Counted from the stretch's first letter, positions 44,077 to 54,226 are shown. The stretch is 64,000 nucleotides of DNA from an uncultured delta proteobacterium (GCA_963850305.1 CAWKKR010000008.1:672001-736000); one strand, 5' to 3'. The notes: generated from the letters alone by a model not told the origin. Numbers and translations: made by a program.

Positions 44077-44086
44077 GCGGTGTCCG

Positions 44087-45277
<1,191 letters not shown>

Positions 45278-45324
45278 CGTCGCTTACCTTGTCCGCTGTC
45301 GTTTGCTAGGGTTTTGGTCTTTCG

Positions 45325-45397
45325 AGCCCACCACCAGGATTGAACTGGTGACCTCGTCCTTACCAAGGACGTGCTCTACCAACTGAGCTAGGTGGGC
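45325..45397 (-). tRNA. tRNA-Thr (GGT)
   Basis: GCCCACCTAGCTCAG...GTCCT-TGGTA-AGGAC...GTTCAAT cloverleaf. Confidence 0.97.
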
Positions 45398-45404
45398 GCT
45401 GGGC

Positions 45405-45480
45405 TGGAGCGGGAGACCGGGTTCGAACCGGCGACGTTCAGCTTGGAAGGCTGACGCTCTACCAACTGAGCTACTCCCGC
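45405..45480 (-). tRNA. tRNA-Gly (TCC)
   Basis: GCGGGAGTAGCTCAG...CAGC-CTTCCAA-GCTG...CTCCCGCTCCA. Confidence 0.97.
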
Positions 45481-45575
45481 CTGAGTTCTGAGCCGCTGGT
45501 GCCCGGCTCGTCGGCCTGAGTTGTCCTTCGATGCTTCTTGGTGGTCCTCCGGAGTTTTCGCCCATCTCTGGAGGG

Positions 45576-45658
45576 TGGAGGGTGATGGATTCGAACCAAC
45601 GTAGGCTTGCGCCGGCAGGTTTACAGCCTGCTCCCTTTGGCCACTCGGGCAACCCTCC
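45576..45658 (-). tRNA. tRNA-Tyr (GTA)
   Basis: GGAGGGTTGCCCGAGTGG...GCAGG-CTGTAAA-CCTGC, long variable arm. Confidence 0.96.
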
Positions 45659-45745
45659 GGACTTGAAACTAATTCCTTCTTCCTATTCAGATTTTCGTGA
45701 AGCACGACGCCGGAACTTTGGGTGAAGTGAGCCGGGCCAGTTTCG

Positions 45746-45818
45746 AGCTGGCGAGGGGACTCGAACCCCTAACCGCCTGTTTACAAAACAGGTGCTCTAC
45801 CGGTTGAGCTACGCCAGC
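45746..45818 (-). tRNA. tRNA-Thr (TGT)
   Basis: GCTGGCGTAGCTCAA...CCTGT-TTTGTAA-ACAGG...GTTCGAGT cloverleaf. Confidence 0.97.
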
Positions 45819-46043
45819 GGGATCGGCGCGACTGCCGTGAGGTAGAAGAGCAGCTGAAGACGGAGCAGAACGCAGATCGAGCAGCACGCGCACCCGAAGG
45901 AGCGCTGCCGAGGCCGCCAGACGGAAACGTCCTAGCTCGCGTCACTGTTTCGCCGTTTGGAAATTGCCAAAAAGAGGCACTCCCCCCGCCTCCCCGCCAG
46001 ACCTGTTTCGTGACGAGCGGCGGGGACCCGAGAGGACCGCGCA

Positions 46044-46072
46044 TGGGTAGCGCCAGGCCCCAGGGGTGTCAA
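46044..46072 (-). promoter_or_regulatory. Candidate sigma70 promoter of the tRNA-tuf cluster
   Basis: TTGACA-17 nt-TACCCA on the minus strand. Confidence 0.55.
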
Positions 46073-46204
46073 GCACATTCCGTACCGCGACAGACTGCTC
46101 GTGCATTCAGGTACTTAGCACATGATCCCTCAGTAGATGCCCATCGGCGAGAGCGCCTTCCCCGAAGCATGAAGCTCGGGTCGTCGCGTGGACGGTGGAG
46201 TCGA

Positions 46205-46495
46205 GTGTATCCTGCCGCGGCGGCGGGAACGAGGTCGGCCGTGACTTGGTGCCAAGAACCCGTTCAGTAGTTCCGCATCGACGAGCAGCGTCGTCCCCGA
46301 GGAATGAAAGCGGTGCGGAACTACCGAGCGCAGCGAGTACCGGGGGGAGGGGTTGCGTAGCAAGCCCCGGGGGGCGGGCAACGCCCCCCTTTCCTAGTAG
46401 ATGGACCCGGAGCCCTGCGAGCACCCCGAATTGTGACCGCGGGTCGAAAGATCCGGGAGCACGCCTAGTAGACTTCGATGACGAGGGCTCCTCTC
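46205..46495 (+). ncRNA. Putative IS110 bridge RNA, interrupted by a 130-bp insert
   Basis: 5' hairpin 46210-46228 and two parallel internal-loop modules (GTGAC...GAACCCGTTCAGTAGA and GTGAC...GAGCACGCCTAGTAGA) whose variable parts match the target and donor junctions. Confidence 0.65.
46266..46400 (+). mobile_element. Non-autonomous mini-element inserted in the IS110 left end
   Basis: AGTAG at 46266-46270 and 46396-46400; right end TTCCTAGTAG identical to the IS right end; GTAGTTCCGCATCG/CGGTGCGGAACTAC hairpin. Confidence 0.75.
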
Positions 46496-46520
46496 GACGC
46501 GCCGAAAGGAGGAGATGGTC

Positions 46521-47747
46521 ATGGAAGTCATGTATCCCCGTTGCGCGGGCCTCGACGTCCACAAGGATAGCGTCGTTGCCTGCGTGCGCTGCGTCAGCGA
46601 ACCAACGCGGCGCGAGGTCCGAACGTTCGGCACGACCACACGTAGCCTCTTCGAGCTGGCGGAATGGCTCGAGGAGCACGGCGTGACCCACGTGGCGATG
46701 GAGGCCACCGGCGTGTACTGGAAGCCGGTCTGGCACATGCTCGAAGGGAGCTTCGAACTCGTGCTCGCGAACGCCCAGCACATTCGCAACGTGCCAGGGC
46801 GCAAGACCGACGTGAACGACGCGACGTGGATCGCCGATCTGCTCGCGCACGGGCTGATCCGCAGCAGTTTCGTGCCTCCTGCGCGAATCCAGGAGCTGCG
46901 CGATCTCACTCGAACGCGCGCGCAGCTCGTGCGAGAAATCGCCCAGCACACGCTGCGCATACAGAAAACGCTCGAGGACTCGAACATCAAGGTCGCGAGC
47001 GTCCTGTCCAGCGTGCTCGGGACCAGCGGCCGGGCGATGCTCGCCGCTCTCATCGCCGGAGAAGATGACCCCGAGCGCCTTGCCGATCTCGCGGTCGGTA
47101 CCGCGCGCAAGAAGAGGGCCGACTTGATCGAAGCGCTGCGCGGGCGGGTTACCCCTCATCACCGAGCCATGCTGAAGCTGCATCTCGGCGTCATCGGCTC
47201 GCTCGAAGGGGCCCTGGCCGAGATCGATGCAGCTGCGGGAAAAGCGCTGGAGCCGATCCGGGCGCACGCCGAGATCCTGACGACGATGCCGGGAGTGAGT
47301 GACATCGTCGCGAACGTGATCGTGGCGGAGATCGGCGTCGACATGTCGCGCTTCCCGTCTGCGGGACACCTCGTGTCCTGGGCCGGCCTCTGCCCCCGCA
47401 ACGACGAGAGCGCCGGCAAGCGTCGCTCGACGCGCGTCCGCAAGAGCGCCAACTGGCTCAAGACGACGCTCGTCACATCCGCCTGGGCCGCGGTGCGCAC
47501 GAAGGAAAGCTACCTTCGAGCCCAGTTTCTCCGGCTCAAGTCCCGCCGTGGAGCAAAGAAGGCGATCTTGGCCGTCGCCGCATCGATGCTCACCGCCGCC
47601 TTCTACATGCTCCGCGACGGCACTCCCTACCGCGACCTCGGACCCCATCACTTCGACCGCCGCGACCAGAGCAAGACCATCAAACGCCTCGTCCGCCGCT
47701 TGACCGACCTCGGCTGCGAAGTCGAGATCAAACCTCATGCGGCGTAG
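46521..47747 (+). CDS. IS110-family DEDD recombinase/transposase
   Basis: GLDVHK, MEATG, KTDVNDA (D-E-D-D) and NDESAG serine motif; AGGAGG RBS 8 nt before ATG at 46521. Confidence 0.96.
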   Translation: MEVMYPRCAGLDVHKDSVVACVRCVSEPTRREVRTFGTTTRSLFELAEWLEEHGVTHVAMEATGVYWKPVWHMLEGSFELVLANAQHIRNVPGRKTDVNDATWIADLLAHGLIRSSFVPPARIQELRDLTRTRAQLVREIAQHTLRIQKTLEDSNIKVASVLSSVLGTSGRAMLAALIAGEDDPERLADLAVGTARKKRADLIEALRGRVTPHHRAMLKLHLGVIGSLEGALAEIDAAAGKALEPIRAHAEILTTMPGVSDIVANVIVAEIGVDMSRFPSAGHLVSWAGLCPRNDESAGKRRSTRVRKSANWLKTTLVTSAWAAVRTKESYLRAQFLRLKSRRGAKKAILAVAASMLTAAFYMLRDGTPYRDLGPHHFDRRDQSKTIKRLVRRLTDLGCEVEIKPHAA

Positions 47748-47753
47748 AGCTTC

Positions 47754-49067
47754 CTAGTAGCCCCGTCCGCCTTCGGCTCGCGCTCGAGCCCGCCGCTCGA
47801 GGTCGGCCAGGGCTTGCTCGAGGACTTCTCTGGTAAAAGGGAGTCGCGCCAGCGCCGCGTCCTCGTCTTTGACACTCTGCTCCAGCGAGCGTTTCGACTC
47901 GGCGGCCCGCTGAACCCACGCAGAGTGCTCGTCGGCACGATTCGCCATGGCCAGGGTGTGATCCATCATCGCGAGGCCCTTCGTGAGCAGAACCGAATAC
48001 CGGAGCCGCATGGCGCCCTCGAAAAGCTGCGTTTTTGCTGGAGTCGATGCCCCGGTCGGCGGCGGAATGCGCATGAGCTCCGCGTGGAGCTTCTGATAGA
48101 GCTCTCCGACACGGAACCCGGCCATCGCCGACCAGTGGGCGTCGTACGCCCGCATCGTATCGGAGTAGGCGCTCTGCGCGTCGAGCAAAAGCTGGCACCG
48201 GCGCTCGAGGGCGGCGGGGAAATCCCGAGGTAACGGCTGGAAGACGACACGCTCGCCGCGAATGCGCCGTAGTTCCCCGAGCGCGAAGTAGAGCGAGGCC
48301 AGGTCGCGCGGGAGCGCTCCGGCAGCGTCGAGGCGCTCGGCATCCACGACGTCCCGCCCTTTGCCGATGAAGTACTCGGCCGCATCGGGCTGACCGGAGA
48401 AAATCAGCGAAAGTGCCTTTCCCGCGTAAACGGCGACACGGTCGAGGCTCGTGAGTTCGGAAACGCGGGCCATCAGAGCGTCCGCCGTTCGACCTGCCTC
48501 CGGCCAGCGCTCGAGGTACGAAAGAAGTCGGACGCTCCGGACCAACGCTTCGCGCGCGAGCGGATCGCCGGGATATCGTCGGGCCGTCTCTTCGTACCGC
48601 GCTGTCGCACCGTCGAGATCGCCGAGCTGATCGTGCGCAGCAGCGGCGTCGAACCACGCTTCCTCCGCACGAGAGCCATCGGGGTCGAGCGCCGTGACGC
48701 GGTCGAATCCACGCGCCGCGTCAGCGAACCGGCCTGCACCGAGGTCCACCCGTGCGCGAGCGAGGATCTCGTCGACGCTCGTGGCGTCGGTCGGGGTCAC
48801 GACCGTGCGGGGAACGACAATCGGCGTGGCCACTCGTGGGGATGCAGGTGGACTTTCGGCGCGGGGCGTCATGGCGGACGCCGCACAACCACTCACCGCG
48901 TCGCAAAGCGCCGCGAGGAGCGCCACCCTCACGAATGTTGCGACCCGTCGCGCCCGCCCGGACGAATGAAACCCACGTGAAACTGAGCGCGCCGGGACCG
49001 ACTCGCTGGTTCCCGGGCACCGCTCGGTGGTGGGCGCGCGGCGCGTCGAAAACGATTGACCAGCCAT
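47754..49067 (-). CDS. TPR-containing probable lipoprotein (start uncertain)
   Basis: AVSGC lipobox-like motif, TPR-like helices (EEAWFDAA, REALVRS). Confidence 0.75.
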   Translation of the reverse strand: MAGQSFSTRRAPTTERCPGTSESVPARSVSRGFHSSGRARRVATFVRVALLAALCDAVSGCAASAMTPRAESPPASPRVATPIVVPRTVVTPTDATSVDEILARARVDLGAGRFADAARGFDRVTALDPDGSRAEEAWFDAAAAHDQLGDLDGATARYEETARRYPGDPLAREALVRSVRLLSYLERWPEAGRTADALMARVSELTSLDRVAVYAGKALSLIFSGQPDAAEYFIGKGRDVVDAERLDAAGALPRDLASLYFALGELRRIRGERVVFQPLPRDFPAALERRCQLLLDAQSAYSDTMRAYDAHWSAMAGFRVGELYQKLHAELMRIPPPTGASTPAKTQLFEGAMRLRYSVLLTKGLAMMDHTLAMANRADEHSAWVQRAAESKRSLEQSVKDEDAALARLPFTREVLEQALADLERRARARAEGGRGY

Positions 49068-49134
49068 CAGACTTCTCTACCTTGATAACCAGAGCCGGGT
49101 GGTTCTTGGGTCTCACCATAAGGAGAGTCCGCCG

Positions 49135-49341
49135 ATGAAAGTGGCGACGATGACCGCGTCCGATCGAATCCTCGAGCTGGAGTCGGAACATCGCAGCCTC
49201 GATCAGAGGCTTCGTGTCCTGTCGCGCCGAGCTTACCTGACGCCGGCCGAACAGCAGGAAGCAGCCTACCTCAAGCGCCAGAAGCTGTCGGCGAAGGATC
49301 GGCTCCACGCCCTCGCGCGCGTCCACCTCTCCGAAGATTGA
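49135..49341 (+). CDS. DUF465/YdcH-like small coiled-coil protein
   Basis: ELESEHRSLD...LTP.E......LKRQKL..KD; AGGAG RBS. Confidence 0.75.
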   Translation: MKVATMTASDRILELESEHRSLDQRLRVLSRRAYLTPAEQQEAAYLKRQKLSAKDRLHALARVHLSED

Positions 49342-49369
49342 CGAGAGACGACCCGACGGCGGTCACCCT

Positions 49370-49795
49370 TCACTGCTTATCGTCGTCAGTCGGCGCGCGA
49401 GCATGTTCCACGGCGGTGGACGCACTGTTGTCCACGGCTTCGGCCCCGCCGTAGACCTCCTTGTTGAGATCCGCGAGAGCTTCTTCCGTCCGTGACTTCC
49501 AGTCGGCGGTGAGGCCCCCTGGATGCTCTTGCTCCAGGGCCTTGGCGATTGCGAGCCAGTGTCGTGCGTCCGGGCGGAAGCCGAGACGATAATCGGTCAT
49601 GCCTCGCAAGTAGGCGTACCGCGACTGATCGTCGAAGGAGAGCGAGTCCGTGTCGGGCTCGAGGTTACGCCAGAGGGCGAGCGACTTCTCGTACTGGTTC
49701 TCGTCGTACATGCGCTGGCCGCGGTCCAGCTGGTCGCGATACGTCGAGCACGCCCCGACGAGGAACAGAACGAGGACGAGCGAAACTTGTCGCAT
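49370..49795 (-). CDS. Hypothetical lipoprotein
   Basis: MRQVSLVLVLFLVGAC lipobox; TPR-like YLRGMTDYRLG. Confidence 0.75.
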   Translation of the reverse strand: MRQVSLVLVLFLVGACSTYRDQLDRGQRMYDENQYEKSLALWRNLEPDTDSLSFDDQSRYAYLRGMTDYRLGFRPDARHWLAIAKALEQEHPGGLTADWKSRTEEALADLNKEVYGGAEAVDNSASTAVEHARAPTDDDKQ

Positions 49796-49855
49796 GCGTT
49801 TCTCAGCGTAAATGACCGCGCGCGCCACGGCAACGGTCTTCGGGATAAAGCGAGA

Positions 49856-50488
49856 TCAGGCGTCTCTCTGCACGCGCGCGAAGCGTAGCCGCACGACGGG
49901 GAGCCCGTCCGCGACTGCACGGCGCTCTCGCGGGCTCATGGCTCGGTATGGATTCTCCGCGAGTCGCGGGGTCCCCGGCGCATCGCCGAGCGGCGCGAAC
50001 CCTGGCACGTCCGCGACGAGAGCCTCGAATTCGTCGGCGCGTTCCTCGACATCGGTCTGAAAAAAGAGCTCCCCGCCCGCCACCGTGACGCGCGCGATTT
50101 GCCGGAGGAGGTCCGCTGAAGCGACGAGTCGCTTTCGGTGGCGCTTCTTCCACCATGGATCTGGAAAGTTCATGAAAACAGCACGCACGGTCCCGGCACG
50201 CAGCCGGGGCAAGGCGTTGCGCGCGTCTTCCGCGAATACGCGCGCCCGGTCCCCGAAACCGCGAGCCCGCAGGCGTTCGTCGACGATGGTCGCCCACTTC
50301 CGCCGGATCTCGAATCCGACCATGGCGGCGGTCGGGTCCGCCGAGAGGCGCTCGAAGAGAAACCCACCTCTGCCGGGCCCAATTTCGATCTCGACGGGGC
50401 CGACGCCTCCGGTCACGAGCGAGCGCGGCTCCAAATCGTCGCCTGGGGGAAGCGTCGGAGCGTGTTCGTAGCGGTTCGGCTGCGGCAC
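49856..50488 (-). CDS. trmB: tRNA (guanine-N7)-methyltransferase
   Basis: EIGPGRG, FPDPWWKKRHRKR, QTD; start estimated at GTG 50488. Confidence 0.9.
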   Translation of the reverse strand: MPQPNRYEHAPTLPPGDDLEPRSLVTGGVGPVEIEIGPGRGGFLFERLSADPTAAMVGFEIRRKWATIVDERLRARGFGDRARVFAEDARNALPRLRAGTVRAVFMNFPDPWWKKRHRKRLVASADLLRQIARVTVAGGELFFQTDVEERADEFEALVADVPGFAPLGDAPGTPRLAENPYRAMSPRERRAVADGLPVVRLRFARVQRDA

Positions 50489-50639
50489 GACGGAGCGCTC
50501 GATAGCCCGGAACGTCGGGACGGTCCACGGCCGCGTACGACGCGGCGGGATAGAGGACCTCGAGATCCCGGCAGCGCCGGGCCGTGCGCGACAATCGTTG
50601 CCCCTCGCGAAGCGCCGGATGAACAATCACGCACGCTAG

Positions 50640-52961
50640 ATGAACGGCCCCCCGACCTCGTCGATTCGCGTGCCGCGCGCGCTCGTTTACGCCCCCCTGG
50701 CGGTCGCGACGTTGTGGCTCGCCGCGACGACGGTGCGACGAGTCCTCGCTCTTTCGGGCGGAGCTGCGGTGCCCCTCGACGACGCTTACATCCATTTCCA
50801 GTATGCGCGCTCGATCGCGGAGCTCCATGCGTTCGCGTACACGCGCGGCGCGGTGCCCACTCCCGGCGCAACCAGCCTGCTCTGGCCGCTGACCCTCGCC
50901 CCATTTTACGCGCTCGGCTTTCGCGGCGCGCGGATCATCTGGGTCGCCTGGGCCCTCGGCTTCACGTCCCTCGGCCTCCTCGCGCTGGAAACCCGGCGGC
51001 TTGCATCGGGACTCATGCGCCCGCCCGTCGCGATCGCCACGGGTGCGATGGTCATCGCGTTCGGTGGGTTCACATGGTTCGCGGCGAGCGGCATGGAGGT
51101 CGTCCCGTTTGCGTGGCTCTTCACACGAACCGTGCGGCGCGCAGCCGAGTGGATGGAAAGCGCAGGCAACACGGTCCGCGCACCGTCCGTAGGTCCGCAT
51201 CGACGAGCAGTGTCCCCCCTGAGAGATCGAAGAGGTGCGGAACTACGCGAGCCTAGCGAGCACGCCGAAGGCGGCGGGGGGAGCGGGCGCGAAGCGAGCC
51301 GCGGGGGGCAAGGCCCCCCTTTACCTAACGAGCCTAGCGAGCACGCCGAAGGCGGCGGGGGGAGCGGGCGCGAAGCGAGCCGCGGGGGGCAAGGCCCCCC
51401 TTTACCTAACGAGCCTAGCGAGCACGCCGAAGGCGGCGGGGGGAGCGGGCGCGAAGCGAGCCGCGGGGGGCAAGGCCCCCCTTTACAAGAGCTGTGGTTG
51501 CTGGCGGTCCTGTGTCCCCTGATGCGGCCCGAGGGTGCCGTGGCGTCGCTGCTCGTCGCACTCGCGCTCTTCATCGAGCCACGAGGCGGTTCCCGACTTC
51601 GGGGAATGGCAGCCCTGCTCGCACCAGCCACGCCGTCCGTCATCTGCTGGCTGGCGACGGGCCATGCCGTGACCTCGACGGCAACGGCGAAGTGGCTCCT
51701 CCTCAATCCGTACTATCGAGGCGATCGCCTATTTTCCGCGATCGAGAGCAACGTCGAGATCTTCTTCGGCACGCTTCTGGACGGAAAGCTGTGGACCAGC
51801 GTGTTTCTTCCCGAAGGCGGTCGGCCGATCGCCGTGCTGGCTCTCTTCGCCATCCCACTTGCCGGCGCGACCCGCCACCGATTGCCGCGAGCCATCGGCG
51901 TGCTCGTATTCGCTCTCGCTGCACTGGCTCCGACGACCTACGAAACATTCCTCGTCAACCGGGTGCGCTACATCTGGCCGTTCGCGCCCGCCTGGTTCAT
52001 CGGGCTCGGGGCGCTCGCCGAGGTCAGTGGCGCCTGGGCCGAGCGCACGCTCGCGCGGATAGGCGCGCCCCGGGTCGAGCTACCGATCCTCACCGCGGGC
52101 GTCTTCGTGGGCTTGCTCGGGTCGCGGCTCTCCCCGAGCATCGAGGATCTCGCGACGAGCGCTCAGGCGGTCACCCTGCAGCAGGTCTCGCTCGCGAAGT
52201 GGGCCGCCGCGTCCCTTCCGCCGACCGCGCGCATCGGCGTGAACGACACGGGCGCCATGGCGTACTTCTCGAACCGGACGACGTTCGACGTCGTGGGCCT
52301 GACGACCGCCGGGGAAGCTCGATACTGGACGGCGGGGCCCGGTTCCCGGTTCGAGCACTACGAACACCTGTCGCGCGCCGCGCTACCCACGCATTTCATC
52401 GTTTACCCCGAGTGGTTCGCGGTCGAACCGCTTCTCGGCGAACAGCTGACGGAACGCGTCGTGCGTCACACGATCCTCGGAGGGACCACGATGATCGCGT
52501 ACGAGGCGCGGTACGATCTGCTCGGCTCGGGGGAGCGTCCGACGGAGTTCGACGTCGGACGGAGGCAGCTGGTAGATGCGCTCGACGTCGCGGACCTCGA
52601 CGACGAAGCTCGTCACGCATACGCGCTCTTCGACGCGAGCGCGCAGACCGACGTCGTGGTGAGCGGCGCGGAGTCGGCCGACGGCGCCCGCACCAACCGT
52701 CGCGTGGACGCGTTCACGATCGCGTTCGCTCCCGGCGGCGCGCTGGTCGCGCGACTCGGGGCGGAAAACCCGCTGCGGCTCGAGGTGCGTATCGACGGGC
52801 AGGCAGCCGGGGCGATCGACCTCGACGGCAGTTTCTGGCAGGAGACCGTGGTCTCGGTACCGACCAGCGTCGCGAGCGGCGTGCACCACGTCGACGTTCG
52901 AACGACGGGCAACGGCGCGTTCACATCGCTGCACTACTGGTCTTACGCTGCCGCGCCGTAG
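50640..52961 (+). CDS. Polytopic membrane protein (GT-C glycosyltransferase-like) with an in-frame repeat insertion
   Basis: DDAYIHFQYA, GATSLLW, SGME, RPEG, DTGA...DVVGL motifs. Confidence 0.75.
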   Translation: MNGPPTSSIRVPRALVYAPLAVATLWLAATTVRRVLALSGGAAVPLDDAYIHFQYARSIAELHAFAYTRGAVPTPGATSLLWPLTLAPFYALGFRGARIIWVAWALGFTSLGLLALETRRLASGLMRPPVAIATGAMVIAFGGFTWFAASGMEVVPFAWLFTRTVRRAAEWMESAGNTVRAPSVGPHRRAVSPLRDRRGAELREPSEHAEGGGGSGREASRGGQGPPLPNEPSEHAEGGGGSGREASRGGQGPPLPNEPSEHAEGGGGSGREASRGGQGPPLQELWLLAVLCPLMRPEGAVASLLVALALFIEPRGGSRLRGMAALLAPATPSVICWLATGHAVTSTATAKWLLLNPYYRGDRLFSAIESNVEIFFGTLLDGKLWTSVFLPEGGRPIAVLALFAIPLAGATRHRLPRAIGVLVFALAALAPTTYETFLVNRVRYIWPFAPAWFIGLGALAEVSGAWAERTLARIGAPRVELPILTAGVFVGLLGSRLSPSIEDLATSAQAVTLQQVSLAKWAAASLPPTARIGVNDTGAMAYFSNRTTFDVVGLTTAGEARYWTAGPGSRFEHYEHLSRAALPTHFIVYPEWFAVEPLLGEQLTERVVRHTILGGTTMIAYEARYDLLGSGERPTEFDVGRRQLVDALDVADLDDEARHAYALFDASAQTDVVVSGAESADGARTNRRVDAFTIAFAPGGALVARLGAENPLRLEVRIDGQAAGAIDLDGSFWQETVVSVPTSVASGVHHVDVRTTGNGAFTSLHYWSYAAAP
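51189..51488 (+). repeat. Mini-element copy with its 81-bp second module in three tandem copies
   Basis: GTAG...CTAC hairpin followed by units starting at 51249, 51330 and 51411. Confidence 0.92.
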
Positions 52962-53281
52962 CGGCTTCGGCGGCGCTCTGCCCCTCCGTGCAACGCGGCC
53001 ACGTCGATTTCCGCGGTCTGGCCGGACGCATCGTCTGCGAGCGCTTCGTCCGCCAGCACGCTCAAGGCGTCCTGCGACATTGCGAACCTCCGCGCCCATC
53101 CCTCTTCGCTTACCAACTCCGCTTCGAGCGCAGACGAGCAGTTCGCGTCTTGGCGCGGAACGGGCCCACCATGACGCCGAGATCCTGGCTGAGCCACCCG
53201 GCGCCAGGAACGCGACAGGGTCGGTCAGGACTTCGAATCCGAGTGAGCCCGCTCGCGAGGCAATGCTATAGGCGACGGGCG

Positions 53282-54226
53282 ATGCGGTTCCGCCCCCTCG
53301 GAAAGACTGGCTTGACCGTTTCCGAGCTCGCCCTCGGGACGTGGGGCCTCTCTGGCGACGGTTACGGGCCGGTGCCCGAGAGCGAGCGAGACGCGGTGGT
53401 CGAGCGGAGCGTTGCGCTCGGCATCACGCTCTTCGAGACAGCCGACGTGTATGGAGCCGGCTCCATGGAAACGTGCCTCGGCGAGCGTCTGTCCTCGAAG
53501 GAGTCCGTACACGTCGCGACGAAGATCGGGACGGATCGCGAGAGTTCTCCACCCGTGAAGCGCTTCGATACGGCGTATCTTCGCGCCGCGTTCGACAAGA
53601 GCCGCGCGCGACTGAAGCGCGACGTCGTCGACGTCCTTTTGCTCCACAATCCCGTCGCGCGCACGGTCGAAGGCGGTGAGGCCACGACCGCGCTCGCGGA
53701 GCTCAAGGCTTCCGGAAAGATTCGAGCATGGGGCGTGAGCGCGGGGTCGGTCGAGGTCGCGAGAGCGGCGATCACGAAGGGCGCGGACGTCATTTCGCTC
53801 GCCCACAGTGCAGTGTTTTCGGGAGATCTGCGCTCGCTCCACGAGGACGTCGAAAAGAGTGGCATCGGGGTGTTCTCGCACAGCGTGCTCGCGCACGGGC
53901 TCCTCAGCGGCTATTGGTCACTCCACAAGGAATTCGCGCGGGGAGACCACCGGAGCGATCGGTGGACGCCGGATGAGCTTCGCAGGCGCGTGCAACAGCT
54001 GAGCGCGATCCGCACCCTGGTGGGCGGCCCGATCTACACGATGCGCGCCGCCGCGCTCCGGTTCGTCCTGTCGAACCGCGACGTGAGCTCGATCCTCCTT
54101 GGACCGAGGAGCTCGATCCAGCTCGATCAGCTCGTTCGAGAAGGCTCTCCGGAGCTCCCTTACCTGAGCGAGGATCAGCTCAAGAGTCTCGCCTTTCGAC
54201 TCGAAAATGCCGGGGTCACGTCATGA
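53282..54226 (+). CDS. Aldo/keto reductase
   Basis: MRFRPLGKTGLTVSELALGTWG, ETADVYG, ATK, LLHNP, GKIRAWGVS. Confidence 0.93.
   Translation: MRFRPLGKTGLTVSELALGTWGLSGDGYGPVPESERDAVVERSVALGITLFETADVYGAGSMETCLGERLSSKESVHVATKIGTDRESSPPVKRFDTAYLRAAFDKSRARLKRDVVDVLLLHNPVARTVEGGEATTALAELKASGKIRAWGVSAGSVEVARAAITKGADVISLAHSAVFSGDLRSLHEDVEKSGIGVFSHSVLAHGLLSGYWSLHKEFARGDHRSDRWTPDELRRRVQQLSAIRTLVGGPIYTMRAAALRFVLSNRDVSSILLGPRSSIQLDQLVREGSPELPYLSEDQLKSLAFRLENAGVTS

Larger units (their letters stand above)
46132..47760 (+). mobile_element. IS110-family insertion sequence (long left end, very short right end)
   Basis: AGTAG repeated at 46132-46136 and 47756-47760; removing the element rejoins the 3' end of the TPR gene to a TGA stop. 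Confidence 0.85.

Noticed and set aside
45569..45583. att site at the tRNA-Tyr 3' end (CCCTCCA twice)
   Set aside because: Only a 7-bp tandem duplication, with no integrase or distant partner repeat seen
47730..47760. Promoter formed at the IS110 circle junction
   Set aside because: No convincing -35/-10 pair at the correct spacing could be identified by eye
51494..53281. 910-aa fusion upstream of the aldo/keto reductase
   Set aside because: Arg-rich off-frame read of the membrane protein gene; the AKR starts at 53282
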